Part shown: piece by piece, positions 48,574-59,357 of the stretch
Numbering within the stretch: the stretch's first letter is position 1
How the letters are laid out: each line of letters begins with the position of its first letter
Assembly (NCBI GenBank): GCA_038131655.1
Contig: JAYPPT010000004.1
Span: forward strand, 56,767 to 120,766
Direction of reading: 5' to 3'
DNA length: 64,000 bases
Source: Alphaproteobacteria bacterium
Lineage (GTDB): Bacteria; Pseudomonadota; Alphaproteobacteria; SMXQ01
Translations under genes and position numbers: made by a program
Notes under the pieces: generated by a model
What the model saw: the letters and a program-made list of their open reading frames with translations, nothing else
Told to the model about the DNA's origin: nothing
The model's database searches: none

Positions 48574-50249
48574 GGTATTTCGCCTCGAACCCCGCCGGGC
48601 GCGCGGCGTAAGTCGCATAGAGCGAATTCACCAGGCAATCGCCGAACGCATACGCATAGACGTAGAACGGCGAATGGATGAAATGGGGAATGTAGCTCCA
48701 GTAATAGCGGTAATCGCCGTCCAGCCGGATGGCGGGGCCCAGGCTTTCGCGCTGCACCGCCAGCCAGATATCGCAAAGGGCATCGGCGCTGACCTCGCCC
48801 TCGTGGCGGGCCGCATGGACGCGGGATTCGAATTCGTAGAACGCAACCTGGCGCACCACGGTATTGATCATGTCCTCGACCTTGCCGGCAATCAGCGCCC
48901 GGCGCTTGCGCGGGTTCTTTTCTTCCGCCAGCAGGCGACGGAAGGTCAGCATTTCACCGAATACGGACGCGGTTTCCGCCAGCGTCAGCGGTGTTTGCGA
49001 CATGAAGTGCCCGCACTTGCCCGCCATGACCTGGTGCACCCCGTGGCCCAGTTCATGGGCCAGTGTCATCACGTCGCGTGACTTGCCCTGGTAGTTCATC
49101 AGGATGTAGGGATGCGCGCTCGGCACCACGGGGTGCGAAAACGCCCCCGATTCCTTGCCCGGCCGCACCTCGGCATCGATCCAGCCTTCATCGAAGAAGC
49201 GCCGCGCCGTGCCCGCCATGGTCGGAGAGAACGCCTCATAGGCCGACAACACGGTATCGCGGGCGCGGCCCCAGGGGATGGTGGCATCAGCCGAATCGGG
49301 CAAGGGCGCATTGCGGTCCCAGTAATCGAGACGCTTGCGGCCCATCCACCTGGCCTTCAGCTTGTAATAATGATGGCTGAGCTTCGGGTAAGCCTTCTGC
49401 ACCGAACGCACCAGCGCATCCACCACTTCGTCCTCGACGTAATTGGACAGGTTGCGCGCCGACACCGAACGGGAGAAGCCGCGCCAGCGTCCTCGACCTC
49501 CTTGTCCTTGGCCGGGGTATTGGTGATCAGCGCGAAGGTGCGGATATTTTCGCCCAGAACCTTGCCGATGCTTTGCGCCGCCGCCTTGCGCTTGGCCGCG
49601 TTGCGGTCAGACATTCTCGAAAAAACCTCGGCCGAAGTGAGCATCTTGCGGCCTATGGGGAAACGCAGGTCTGCCATGGTTTCGTCGAACAGCCTGATCC
49701 AGGCGGACCGGCCCGCCGGTGATTTTCGTGCAGCAGCTTTTCCATGCTCTCGTCAAGCTCATGGGCACGCCATACCCGCACGTCACGCAACCACGGTGCG
49801 TAATGGGCCAATGCCCTGGCTTCCAGCTTCGGCTTCAGAATCTTGTCCGGGATCTGGTTCAACTCCAGCGTGAAGAACAGCAACCGGGTAGAGATCGCGT
49901 TCACTTTCTCGCTGGTGGTCTGGTAGAACTGCGCGACCTTCGGATCGCTGACCGCGCCGGCGTAGAGCAACTGCGCGTACGACATGATCTTGCCGAGGAT
50001 TTCGTCGATCGACTCATATTCCTTGACCGCCATGCCCAGCGTGTCGCCCGATGAACGCCGCAGCCGCCCCTTGTACTTGGCCTCGAACACACCGGCACGC
50101 TTTTCCGCCGCCGCGAGGTCGCGCGCCAGTTCACGTGCGCCGGGATCCTTGTATAGATGCGCGAGGTTCCAGCGCGGCGGACGATTGGCGGATGCCTTGC
50201 CACTTTTGCGGGGCTTGCGGCTGGGAACTGAACGGGAAGCTGCCATCAA
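48437..50249 (-). pseudogene. pepF: M3B oligoendopeptidase F family, two frameshifts (or sequence errors)
   Basis: Three tiled fragments: 49653..50249 (N-terminus), 49357..49677 and 48437..49465 (with HELGHGVH zinc motif). Frame changes occur near 49665 and 49450. Confidence 0.8.
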
Positions 50250-50323
50250 AATCTCCTTGTCCGGCCCCCTTGGCGGGGACCGATTGAGGCCGCATTATAG
50301 GCGGCGAAACCAAAGGCGAAAGG

Positions 50324-52128
50324 GTGCGAACATTGCCGGGACATGAGCGTTCGATCGATCTCGATTCCCAGTCCACGTTGCATGGCATGTTCTTCGCCCA
50401 GGCGGGACGCTTCACCAGCGATCCCCTGCTCCATGCCCGCGACGGCGACGGATGGCGGGACCTGACCTGGGGGAAGCGGCCACCGCGGCGCGGCGCCTCG
50501 GCGCCGGGCTTCGGACCCTCGGCATCAAGCCCGGCGACCGGGTCATGCTGGTGGCGGGAAACCGGCCCGAATGGCTGATCGCGGAAATCGCGATCCTGTC
50601 CGCGGGCGCCATCGCGGTTCCAGCCTATACCACCAATACCGTCGCCGACCACACCCATATCCTGGGTGATTCCGGTGCCCGGGCGGCCATCGTTTCGACC
50701 GCGGCACTGGCACGCCCGCTTCTGCCCGCCATCGGCAAGGCCACGGCCGTTGAGAACGTCATCGCGATGGAAGCCCCCGACCCCGAATTGGCGACGGACG
50801 TAAAAATCCATTCCTGGGATGCGCTGATCGCCGCCGGCGGCGACACGCCGCCCCACGACGGGGCCCGCACGGATACCGCCGTCATCATCTACACTTCGGG
50901 CACCGGCGGCGCCCCCAAGGGCGTGATGCTGAGCCACGGCGCGATTCTTTCCAACTGCGCCGGGGCGCAGCACCTGTTCCGCAACGTTCCCTTCGGACGG
51001 GAAAGATTCCTGTCCTTCCTGCCGCTCAGCCATTCCTATGAACATATGGCCGGACAGTTCCTGCCGCTCGCCATCGGTGCCGAGATTTTTTACGCCGGCG
51101 GCCTCGATACCCTGGCCCAGGACATGCTGGACGCCCGTCCCACCATTATGACCGCCGTGCCGCGCCTTTACGAAGTGCTGAAGGGCCGCATCAGTGCGGC
51201 GGTGGCACGTGCAAAGCCCCTCAACCGCGCCCTGTTCGAACGCGCGCTCGCCATCGGCCGCAAGCGGCTGGAAGCGCCGGAGACACTGACCTGGAGCGAA
51301 CGCCTGCTCGACCCGCTGCTCGACATTGCCGTGCGGCAAAAAGTTGCCGGGCGCTTCGGCGGACATCTGCGTTTCCTGGTATCGGGCGGCGCGCCGCTCA
51401 ATTACGAGGTCGGCATCTTCTTCGCCGCGCTGGGCGTGCATATCCTGCAAGGCTATGGCCAGACCGAATCCTCACCGGTGATTTCATGCAACCCGCCCGA
51501 ATGCTCCCGCATCGATACGGTCGGCCCCATCTTTCGCGGCTGCGAGGCGCGCATCGCCGAGGACGGGGAGATTTGCGTGCGCGGCGAACTGGTCATGCAG
51601 GGCTATTGGCAAAATCCCGCCGCCACGGCGGAAGCGATCCGCGACGGCTGGCTGCACACCGGCGACATCGGCGCCTTCGACAACCACGGCTACCTGCGCA
51701 TTACCGATCGCAAGAAGGACATCATCGTCAATTCCGGCGGCGACAATGTCGCCCCCCAGCGAATCGAGGGATTCCTGACCCTGGAACCGGAAATTTCCCA
51801 GGCCATGGTCTATGGCGACCGGCGGCCCCATTTGGTGGCGCTCCTGGTCCCGGATAAAACCCAGGCCCGCGCCTGGGCCGCCGCCCAAGGCCACGACGGC
51901 AAGGCGGCGCTCACCGATATCATCGAAATGCCCGGCTTTCACGATCACGTCGCGGCGGCGATCAAGCGCGTGAACGCCAACCTGTCACCCATCGAACGGG
52001 TACGGCACTTCATCGTTACCTATGAAGCCTTCACGGTCGAAAATGCCCAGATGACGCCGACCATGAAACTGCGCCGCCATATCCTCAAGGAACGCTACGG
52101 CGACAGGCTGGAAGCGCTGTATCGTTAG
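50324..52128 (+). pseudogene. long-chain acyl-CoA synthetase (AMP-forming), one frameshift near 50460 (or sequence error)
   Basis: 50324..50578 encodes the N-terminus (...LHGMFFAQAGRFTSDPLLHARDGDGWRDLTW). 50452..52128 continues with ...LGIKPGDRVMLVAGNRPEW and IIYTSGTGGAPKGVMLSH (AMP-binding motif). Confidence 0.8.
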
Positions 52129-52188
52129 GCCCACGAAAAAGGGCTCCCCGAGGGGGGAGCCCTTTGCGCATTCGAACCTTCGCGCCTG

Positions 52189-53235
52189 TTAGCGACCAAT
52201 CGCCTTCTTGGCGGCGGTGATCGCCGAAGCCGGGTAATTGCCGAAGCTTACCAGCAGCTTGATCGCCTGCTCGGCCGAAACCGGCTCGATGGCGATCCGC
52301 GTCTTCTTGGCGTCCGCCAGGAGCTGTTCGTCCTTGAGCGCGGCGAGGAAGCCCTCTTGCAACGCCTTGGCCCGATCGGCCGGCATACCCGGCGTGGCGA
52401 CGAAGGGTCGGCCCAACAACAACTGGCCGAAGTGGACTTCCAGAACCTTGCGCTGGGTATCGTCCTTGGCAAAGTCAAAGACGCTCGGCACCTTGCCGAA
52501 AACGTCGGTGGCGTCGGCACCACCCTGAATGACCAGGGTCATATCCTTCGAGTCCACGAAGCGCTGGTACTGCGCCTTGATCGATGACGTGAACAGGCCA
52601 CAGGTGCCGTCCACTTCACCGCGCTGCATCGCCAGGTTGACGTCCTTGGTCCCCTTGTAGCCGGTCAGCACCTTCGCCTTCACGCCACTGACGGCGGCGA
52701 TGATCTTCGGGTGCTGCGCGGTAATGGCGGCGGGGCCGGTTGCACCGAAGGTCAGCTGCTTGCCCGACTTGAGCCACTGGTCCATGGAGGAAATACCGGC
52801 TGTCTTCCAGACGGCACAGAAAGCGACGTCCTTGCTCATGGAGCCGATCCAGGTGAACTTGGTCGCCTCGAACAACGCCTTCTTGTTGCCGAACAACGGC
52901 TCCATCAGCGTCGAGGCACCGACCAGCGCCATTTCCGTGCCGTCCTTCTTGGCGGCGGCATAGATGTAGTTGGCGGCACGCAATGCGCCGGAACCGGGCA
53001 TGTTGCGCGGTATTACGTTGGGACGGCCGGAAATATGGCGGCCGTAATGGCGCGCCAGAACGCGCGCGTAGGTGTCATAACCGCCGCCGGCACCGAAGCC
53101 GATGTTGATGGTGACGTTCTTGCCCTTGTAGAAATCTGCTGCCGTGTCGGCCTTTACCGCGGGCGCCGACATGGCACCGAGCGCGAGCGTAAGCACGGCC
53201 GCGCCGAAGCCCGCCCGAACCTGAATGATCTGCAT
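52189..53235 (-). CDS. TctC/Bug-like periplasmic solute-binding protein (paralogue of 23177..24436, without the C-terminal extension)
   Basis: Trimmed to MQIIQVRAGFGAAVLTLALGAMSAPAVKA. ADFYKGKNVTINIGFGAGGGYDTYARVLARHY...GSGALRAANYIY is collinear with the other copy. Confidence 0.65.
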   Translation of the reverse strand: MQIIQVRAGFGAAVLTLALGAMSAPAVKADTAADFYKGKNVTINIGFGAGGGYDTYARVLARHYGRHISGRPNVIPRNMPGSGALRAANYIYAAAKKDGTEMALVGASTLMEPLFGNKKALFEATKFTWIGSMSKDVAFCAVWKTAGISSMDQWLKSGKQLTFGATGPAAITAQHPKIIAAVSGVKAKVLTGYKGTKDVNLAMQRGEVDGTCGLFTSSIKAQYQRFVDSKDMTLVIQGGADATDVFGKVPSVFDFAKDDTQRKVLEVHFGQLLLGRPFVATPGMPADRAKALQEGFLAALKDEQLLADAKKTRIAIEPVSAEQAIKLLVSFGNYPASAITAAKKAIGR

Positions 53236-53375
53236 GGAATGTTCTCCCAAAAAACGGCCGGCACCCCGATCGGCACCGTGCACCAAGGGCGGCGAATTTA
53301 TCATTCTTCGCAGCCCCTCGCCACGCAGGAAACGCGGTCGGGCAGGACAAAATGGCAGGCTGAAAAAGGGTAAGT

Positions 53376-54668
53376 TTACTGGCCGCTGGCCGTCCGCGAC
53401 TGTGCCGCCAGCCGGGCAAAACGCTCCGACAACTTGGCGCCGGCCAGGGTGGCGCCCGCCAGCACGGTCCGTTCCAGCCTGGCTTCGCGCATGTCCACCC
53501 CCGACAGGTCGGCGCCGGAGAAATCGGTCCGGGTCAGGTTCGACGGCAGGAAACGGCCGGTGGACTGGCCGTCACCGGTCTTCAGTTCCTTGGGCCGGAA
53601 ATGGGCATCTTTCAGCTTGGCCTTGAGAAACTTTGCCTCGCTCAGGTCGGCACCATCGAAACTAGCGCCCTCCAGGCGAGCCTCGCTCAGGTTAGCCCGC
53701 GTCAGCATGGCAAATTCAAACTTCGCGCCTTCCAGGTTGGCGCGATGAAGAACCGTCTCCACCAGCTTGGCGCCGGAAAAGTCCATCCCGCGCAAATCCT
53801 TGCCGGCGAGTGAAAGGCCCGAAAGGTCCGCAGGTTTCCCTTCGCTGCCGCCGCTTTCGATCCAGGCACAATGACTGGCGATAATCCGACCCGCGTCGCT
53901 GTCGGTTTCGACCTTTTCACCGTGATCCACCGCGACAACGGGCTTACCGACATTCGCATCCATGGTGTAAGCGCCGCGCAAATCCGCTTTCTCGAGATCC
54001 ACGTTGCGGAAATTCGCGCCGGTCATGATTGCACCGGCCAGGCGCGCACCGGTCACATTGGCGCCTTCCAGATTCGCGTTACGCATGTTGGCATTGGAAA
54101 GGTTCACGTTGGTGAGATCTGCACCGCTCAGGTTCGCGGCATAAAGAACCGCGTTGCTCAGGTTGGAGCCCTCCAGCTTCGCATCATGCATGTCGGCCTC
54201 GCTCAGGTTCGCGACCCGCTCACCGTCCTTGTAAATGGAGGAATCATCAATGGTGCCTTGCCCGGCGTCGTAGATGGCACCGGGGCGCAAGTCGGTATTT
54301 TCCATGATCGCGCCGGCCAGGCGCGTTTCCACGAAAAAGGCACCACGCAAATCGGCACCCAGAAGATTGGCGCGCCGCATATCTGCACGCTCGAAATGCG
54401 CGCCGAACAAATCGCTTTTCGAAAGATCCGCCATGCGCAAGCTGGTGTCGTTGAAACGCACGCCGGATGCCTGCATGGTGCGCAGGTCGATACCATCGAG
54501 GCTGAGCTTCGACAAATCCGCGTTCTGGAAATTGGCGCAGCGCCCGCCGGCCTGACCGGTCAGGAAGCGTTGATGCAGGATGATAATTTTTTTAACAAGA
54601 TCGGCTTGCATCCGCTTCTCCATGGAGAACATTCTCACTGTCCGGGGATACGGAACTCGCTGCCCCAA
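53376..54668 (-). CDS. pentapeptide-repeat protein (two repeat blocks separated by a ~50-aa linker); start may be the internal ATG at 54623
   Basis: Dozens of A(D/N)LxG-type pentapeptides, e.g. ANLSGADLTNVNLSNANMRNANLEGANVTGARLAGA. No signal peptide. Confidence 0.7.
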   Translation of the reverse strand: MGQRVPYPRTVRMFSMEKRMQADLVKKIIILHQRFLTGQAGGRCANFQNADLSKLSLDGIDLRTMQASGVRFNDTSLRMADLSKSDLFGAHFERADMRRANLLGADLRGAFFVETRLAGAIMENTDLRPGAIYDAGQGTIDDSSIYKDGERVANLSEADMHDAKLEGSNLSNAVLYAANLSGADLTNVNLSNANMRNANLEGANVTGARLAGAIMTGANFRNVDLEKADLRGAYTMDANVGKPVVAVDHGEKVETDSDAGRIIASHCAWIESGGSEGKPADLSGLSLAGKDLRGMDFSGAKLVETVLHRANLEGAKFEFAMLTRANLSEARLEGASFDGADLSEAKFLKAKLKDAHFRPKELKTGDGQSTGRFLPSNLTRTDFSGADLSGVDMREARLERTVLAGATLAGAKLSERFARLAAQSRTASGQ

Positions 54669-54715
54669 AACACATGGAGCACATCAGACAGTAAATTGGT
54701 TAAGAGAATGTAACT

Positions 54716-55696
54716 TTAAAGCGCGTGGTGGTTGCAAAACCACTCGATAAAACGTGGAATTCCCGCGGAAATCGGTGTTTTTGGCTCATAGCCTAGGTCT
54801 CGGGCCGCGGCGGAAATATCGGCGTATGTTTCCTTCACGTCACCGGGCTGCATCGGCGCCATCTTGATTTGCGCCTTGCGCCCCAGCGCCTTCTCGATCT
54901 CACCGATGAAATCCATCAGGGGCTCGGCCCGGTGATTGCCGAGATTGTAAACCCGGTGCGGCGCCGCACCGCCGCGTCCCTCCGGCGGACGGTCGAGCGC
55001 GGCCAGGACCCCGTCCACCACATCGTCGATGTAGGTAAAGTCGCGCTTCATGTCGCCATGATTGAAGACATGGATCACCTCGCCGCGCGTGATCGCTTCG
55101 GCAAAGCTGTAATAGGCCATGTCCGGCCGCCCCCACGGACCGTAGACGGTAAAGAAACGAATTCCCGTCATCGGCAGGCCATAAAGATGACTGTAGCTGT
55201 AGCTCATCAGCTCATCGGCCTTCTTGGTCGCGGCATAGAGCGAGACCGGGTGATCCACCGGATCGTCTTCCGAAAAAGGCAATTTCACATTGCCGCCGTA
55301 AACCGACGATGACGACGCGTAAACCAGGTGCTTGATTCCATCGCCGTGACGGCACAGCTCGAGAATGTTGAGGTGCCCCACCAGATTACTGCGCACATAA
55401 GCCTGCGGGTTGGCCAGCGAATAGCGCACGCCTGCCTGCGCGGCGAGATGAATGACCCTGTCGATCCTGGGCAGGTGGCGGGCCAGCTCGACCATTTCGC
55501 CTTCATCGGCGACATCCATTTCATGGAAACCGAACCCGTCATGGGCAGACAGCCGCGCCAGCCGGGCACGCTTCAACGCCGGGTTGTAGTAATCGTTCAT
55601 ATTGTCGACGCCGACCACCGCATCGCCCCGCGCGAGCAGGGCCTCGCTGACGTGATAGCCGATAAACCCGGCGGCGCCGGTAACAAGAACCGTCAT
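54716..55696 (-). CDS. NAD-dependent epimerase (UDP-glucuronate 4-epimerase-like SDR)
   Basis: Trimmed to MTVLVTGAAGFIGYHV. It has the YAATKKADE catalytic YxxxK and extended-SDR architecture. Confidence 0.85.
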   Translation of the reverse strand: MTVLVTGAAGFIGYHVSEALLARGDAVVGVDNMNDYYNPALKRARLARLSAHDGFGFHEMDVADEGEMVELARHLPRIDRVIHLAAQAGVRYSLANPQAYVRSNLVGHLNILELCRHGDGIKHLVYASSSSVYGGNVKLPFSEDDPVDHPVSLYAATKKADELMSYSYSHLYGLPMTGIRFFTVYGPWGRPDMAYYSFAEAITRGEVIHVFNHGDMKRDFTYIDDVVDGVLAALDRPPEGRGGAAPHRVYNLGNHRAEPLMDFIGEIEKALGRKAQIKMAPMQPGDVKETYADISAAARDLGYEPKTPISAGIPRFIEWFCNHHAL

Positions 55697-55845
55697 CGAT
55701 AAAAAGCTTTCCCAGTTGCCACGGCCCACCTATAGCGCGCCGGGGGGCAGAAATCACCCCTCGGCGCCGCCCGGGCATCCAAATAGCGGCGTTCAGCCGT
55801 TGCGCCGGCGCGGCCGGGGCGCTAGGAACATGGCAAGGAGGCACC

Positions 55846-58800
55846 GTGCCCCAATCTCGACCCCATCATCCGGCCCCGTTGGCCGAGACCAGCCTTGCCG
55901 ACCGCTTTGATGCGGCGAAGTCGCGCATCTTCGTCACCGGCACCCAGGCTTTGGTCCGCGCGGCGCTGAATATCGCCTGGCGCGACCGCGCGGCGGGAAT
56001 GCAGACCGGCGGGTTCGTGTCGGGCTATCGCGGCTCGCCGCTCGGCGGCTTTGACCGCGACCTGAACGAGGCCGCAGCCCAGCTGACCGCCGCCAACATC
56101 CACTTCACCCCGGGCGTGAACGAAGAACTGGCCGCCACCGCCATCTGGGGCAGCCAGCAGTTGGGCCTGTTTCCCGGCGCCCGCGCCGAAGGCGTGTTCG
56201 GCATCTGGTACGGCAAGGGGCCGGGGGTGGACCGGGCGGGAGATGCGCTCAAGCACGCCAACCTGGCAGGCACAGCGCCGCGTGGCGGCGCGCTGGCCGT
56301 TGCCGGTGACGATCATGCAGGCGTCAGTTCGACCACCGCGCACCAGTCCGAATTCGCCTTTATCGACGCGCAAATTCCGGTGCTGGCGCCTGCCTCGGTG
56401 CAGGACGTTCTCGACCTCGCCATCGCAGGGGTGGAAATGTCGCGGGCGGCGGGCCTGTGGGTCGCGCTCAAGTGTCCATCCGATATCATCGAACAGGCCG
56501 CCGCCATTGACGCGGCACCGGAGCGCCTGCGCTTCACCGCCGCGCCCGCGTCGGATTTGCATATCCGCTGGCCCGATCGCGTCGGCGATGCCGAAACCCG
56601 CCTGGCCGGGCCCAAGCAGACGGCGGCGCGGGCCTTCGCGCGCGCCAATAGGCTCGACCGCGCCCATTGGAAAACCCCGCAAAGCCGCATCGGCATCATT
56701 GCCGCGGGCAAGGCCTGGGCCGATGTGCGCGAGGCGCTGGATATCCTCGGTCTCGACGAAGCGGCGGCGGGGGCGGCAGGCATCGCGCTTTACAAGCCGG
56801 CGCTGGTCTGGCCGCTGGAGCCTTCGGCACTAAGCGAGTTCGCCAATGGGCTTGAGACCCTGATCGTGGTCGAGGAAAAGCGCCCCCTGATCGAACCCCA
56901 GGTCCGCGACATTCTTTACGATGCGCCCGACCGCCCCCGCGTCATCGGCAAGGGTGTTGCCGGGGACGGCGCACTGGCGCTGGCGCTGGCGGGACCGGTC
57001 AATCCCCGCGACGTTTCCCGCGCGCTGGCGCCCCACATCGGCCGCGAAGCCGACGCCGCGCCGACAGCCGCCCTGCCCCGGCCCGTGCTGCGCCGTCCGC
57101 CGCATTTCTGTTCGGGCTGTCCGCACAACACGTCCACCCGCGTGCCCGAAGGTTCACGCGCTCTGGCGGGTATCGGCTGTCATACCCTGGCGCTGTGGTC
57201 CGATCCCCACACCCAGACCCTGACCCAGATGGGTGGTGAAGGCGCAAGCTGGATCGGTCAGGCGCCCTTTACCGACACGCCCCATGTGTTCGCCAATATC
57301 GGCGACGGCACCTATTACCATTCGGGCCTGCTGGCGATCCGCGCCGCACTGACCGCCGGGGTCAACATCACCTACAAGCTGCTGTTCAACGATGCCGTGG
57401 CCATGACCGGCGGCCAGAAGGTCGAAGGCGGCCTCACCGTGCCCGCTATTACCCGCGAACTAGCGGCGGAAGGTGTCGGGCGCATCGTCGTCGTCGCCGA
57501 AGACCCCGATCATTACGACCGCGCGGATGCCTTCGCGCCCGGCGTCACCGTTATGGGCCGCGACGGTTTCGATTGCGCCCAGGCGGAACTGGCGGAAACC
57601 ACGGGCGTCAGCGTCCTGATTTTCGATCAGGCCTGCGCCGCCGAAAAACGCCGCCGCCGGCGACGCGGCACGCTGGAAGATCCGGCGCGTTACGTCTTTA
57701 TCAACGAACGTGTCTGCGAAGGTTGCGGCGATTGCCAACGCGCTTCGCACTGCCTGTCGGTGGTGCCGGTGGCGACACCTTTCGGCGAAAAGCGGCGCAT
57801 CGACATCGCCAGTTGCAACAAGGATGAAACCTGCCGCGATGGTTTCTGTCCCGCCATGGTCACCATAGAAGGCGGCCGCCCGCGTCGGGCCGAGCGCCCC
57901 GCCGCCACTAATATTCCCGAAGCGCTGACGAACCTGCCCGAACCGCAATTCGCGGCAGGGCCAAATCCGTGGCGCGGACTTTGCGCCGGGATCGGCGGCA
58001 CCGGCGTTGTTACCATCGGTCACCTGATCGCCATGGCCGCCCATCTCGACGGGCATGAAACCGTAGTGCTGGACCAGACGGGCCTCGCGCAAAAGGGCGG
58101 CTCCGTCGCCAGCCATGTCACCATCGCCCGGCAGGCGGATGCCATCGGCACGGCGCGGATCGCGCCGGGACGCGCCGACGTGGTGATCGGATGCGACCTT
58201 GTCGTCACCCAGGACGCGCCGCAACTGGATGCGATGCAGCCGGGCCATACCAAGGTCGTGGTGAATACCGAAGAAACCATCACCGGCGCCTTCCTGCGCG
58301 ATGCCAGGCTGACCTTCCCTTCCGATTCGCTGCTCGGTGCCGTTGCCGCCCGCGCCGGACGCGATCACGTCACCGCCGCCGATGCGCGGCGTCTCGCCGA
58401 ACGACTGACCGGCGCGGCCATCGCGGCCAACGTGCTGCTGCTCGGTCTCGCCTGGCAGAAGGGATTGGTGCCGGTCAGCGAATCGGCGCTCCGTCGTGCC
58501 ATCGAACTGAACGGTCAAGGCGTTGCCACCAACCTGGCCGCCTTCGATTGGGGACGCCGCGCCGCCCATGACATGGCGGCCGTGCGCCGCCTCGCCGGTC
58601 TCGACGCGACCGAAGAAAAGCCCGCTCCTTCGTTGAACGATGTCATTGACCTGCGCGCCCGCGAACTTTCCGCTTACGGCGACGCAGCTTTGGCCGACGC
58701 CTATCGCCACCGCATCGACGCCATCGCCGAACGCGCCCGGGTACTTGGCCTCGACGCCGACGGGCTGTCGCGTGCCGTGGCCGAGGGTTATTTCCATGTG

Positions 58801-59286
58801 CTGGCCGCCAAGGATGAATTCGAGGTCGCGCGCCTGTTCACCGACGGCAACTTCGCCGCCGCGCTGACCGACACCTTCGAGGGCGATTACCGCGTGCATT
58901 ACCACCTGGCGCCGGGCTGGCTGGCGGCACCCCGCGCCGGGCAGCGCATCAAAAAACGCGATTTCGGCCCGTGGTTGCGGCCTTTTCTCGGCCTTCTGGC
59001 CTATTTCCGGGGCCTGCGCGGCGGAATTCTGGACCCGTTCCGCGCCACCGATGACCGCACCCTTGAGCGCAAGCACCGTGAAGCGTATGAAGAAGACCTT
59101 GATCGCATCCTAACCGTGCTCTCGCCCGGCACCTTCGACCTTTGCCAGGAGCTGGCCCGACTGCCGACGGCGGTCCGGGGCTTCGGCCCCGTCCGGCGCG
59201 AAAGCTTCGATGTGGCCGAGACACGGAGGGCCGAAATCCTCAAGATGCTGGAACAATCCGGCACGACGGGGGTCGCGGCGCAATAA
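55846..59286 (+). CDS. indolepyruvate ferredoxin oxidoreductase family protein (fused IorA/IorB-type 2-oxoacid:ferredoxin oxidoreductase)
   Basis: 1146 aa. It has a TPP-binding N-terminal half, the ferredoxin-like cluster CEGCGDCQRASHC...CNKDETCRDGFCP and a gamma-like C-terminal half. Confidence 0.85.
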   Translation: MPQSRPHHPAPLAETSLADRFDAAKSRIFVTGTQALVRAALNIAWRDRAAGMQTGGFVSGYRGSPLGGFDRDLNEAAAQLTAANIHFTPGVNEELAATAIWGSQQLGLFPGARAEGVFGIWYGKGPGVDRAGDALKHANLAGTAPRGGALAVAGDDHAGVSSTTAHQSEFAFIDAQIPVLAPASVQDVLDLAIAGVEMSRAAGLWVALKCPSDIIEQAAAIDAAPERLRFTAAPASDLHIRWPDRVGDAETRLAGPKQTAARAFARANRLDRAHWKTPQSRIGIIAAGKAWADVREALDILGLDEAAAGAAGIALYKPALVWPLEPSALSEFANGLETLIVVEEKRPLIEPQVRDILYDAPDRPRVIGKGVAGDGALALALAGPVNPRDVSRALAPHIGREADAAPTAALPRPVLRRPPHFCSGCPHNTSTRVPEGSRALAGIGCHTLALWSDPHTQTLTQMGGEGASWIGQAPFTDTPHVFANIGDGTYYHSGLLAIRAALTAGVNITYKLLFNDAVAMTGGQKVEGGLTVPAITRELAAEGVGRIVVVAEDPDHYDRADAFAPGVTVMGRDGFDCAQAELAETTGVSVLIFDQACAAEKRRRRRRGTLEDPARYVFINERVCEGCGDCQRASHCLSVVPVATPFGEKRRIDIASCNKDETCRDGFCPAMVTIEGGRPRRAERPAATNIPEALTNLPEPQFAAGPNPWRGLCAGIGGTGVVTIGHLIAMAAHLDGHETVVLDQTGLAQKGGSVASHVTIARQADAIGTARIAPGRADVVIGCDLVVTQDAPQLDAMQPGHTKVVVNTEETITGAFLRDARLTFPSDSLLGAVAARAGRDHVTAADARRLAERLTGAAIAANVLLLGLAWQKGLVPVSESALRRAIELNGQGVATNLAAFDWGRRAAHDMAAVRRLAGLDATEEKPAPSLNDVIDLRARELSAYGDAALADAYRHRIDAIAERARVLGLDADGLSRAVAEGYFHVLAAKDEFEVARLFTDGNFAAALTDTFEGDYRVHYHLAPGWLAAPRAGQRIKKRDFGPWLRPFLGLLAYFRGLRGGILDPFRATDDRTLERKHREAYEEDLDRILTVLSPGTFDLCQELARLPTAVRGFGPVRRESFDVAETRRAEILKMLEQSGTTGVAAQ

Positions 59287-59357
59287 TCACCGCGTAGGAG
59301 ACCCATGCGCGCCCAATCCTGCCCGCGCCCGCCGGGCCCGTCACCAAGACCGCACCC

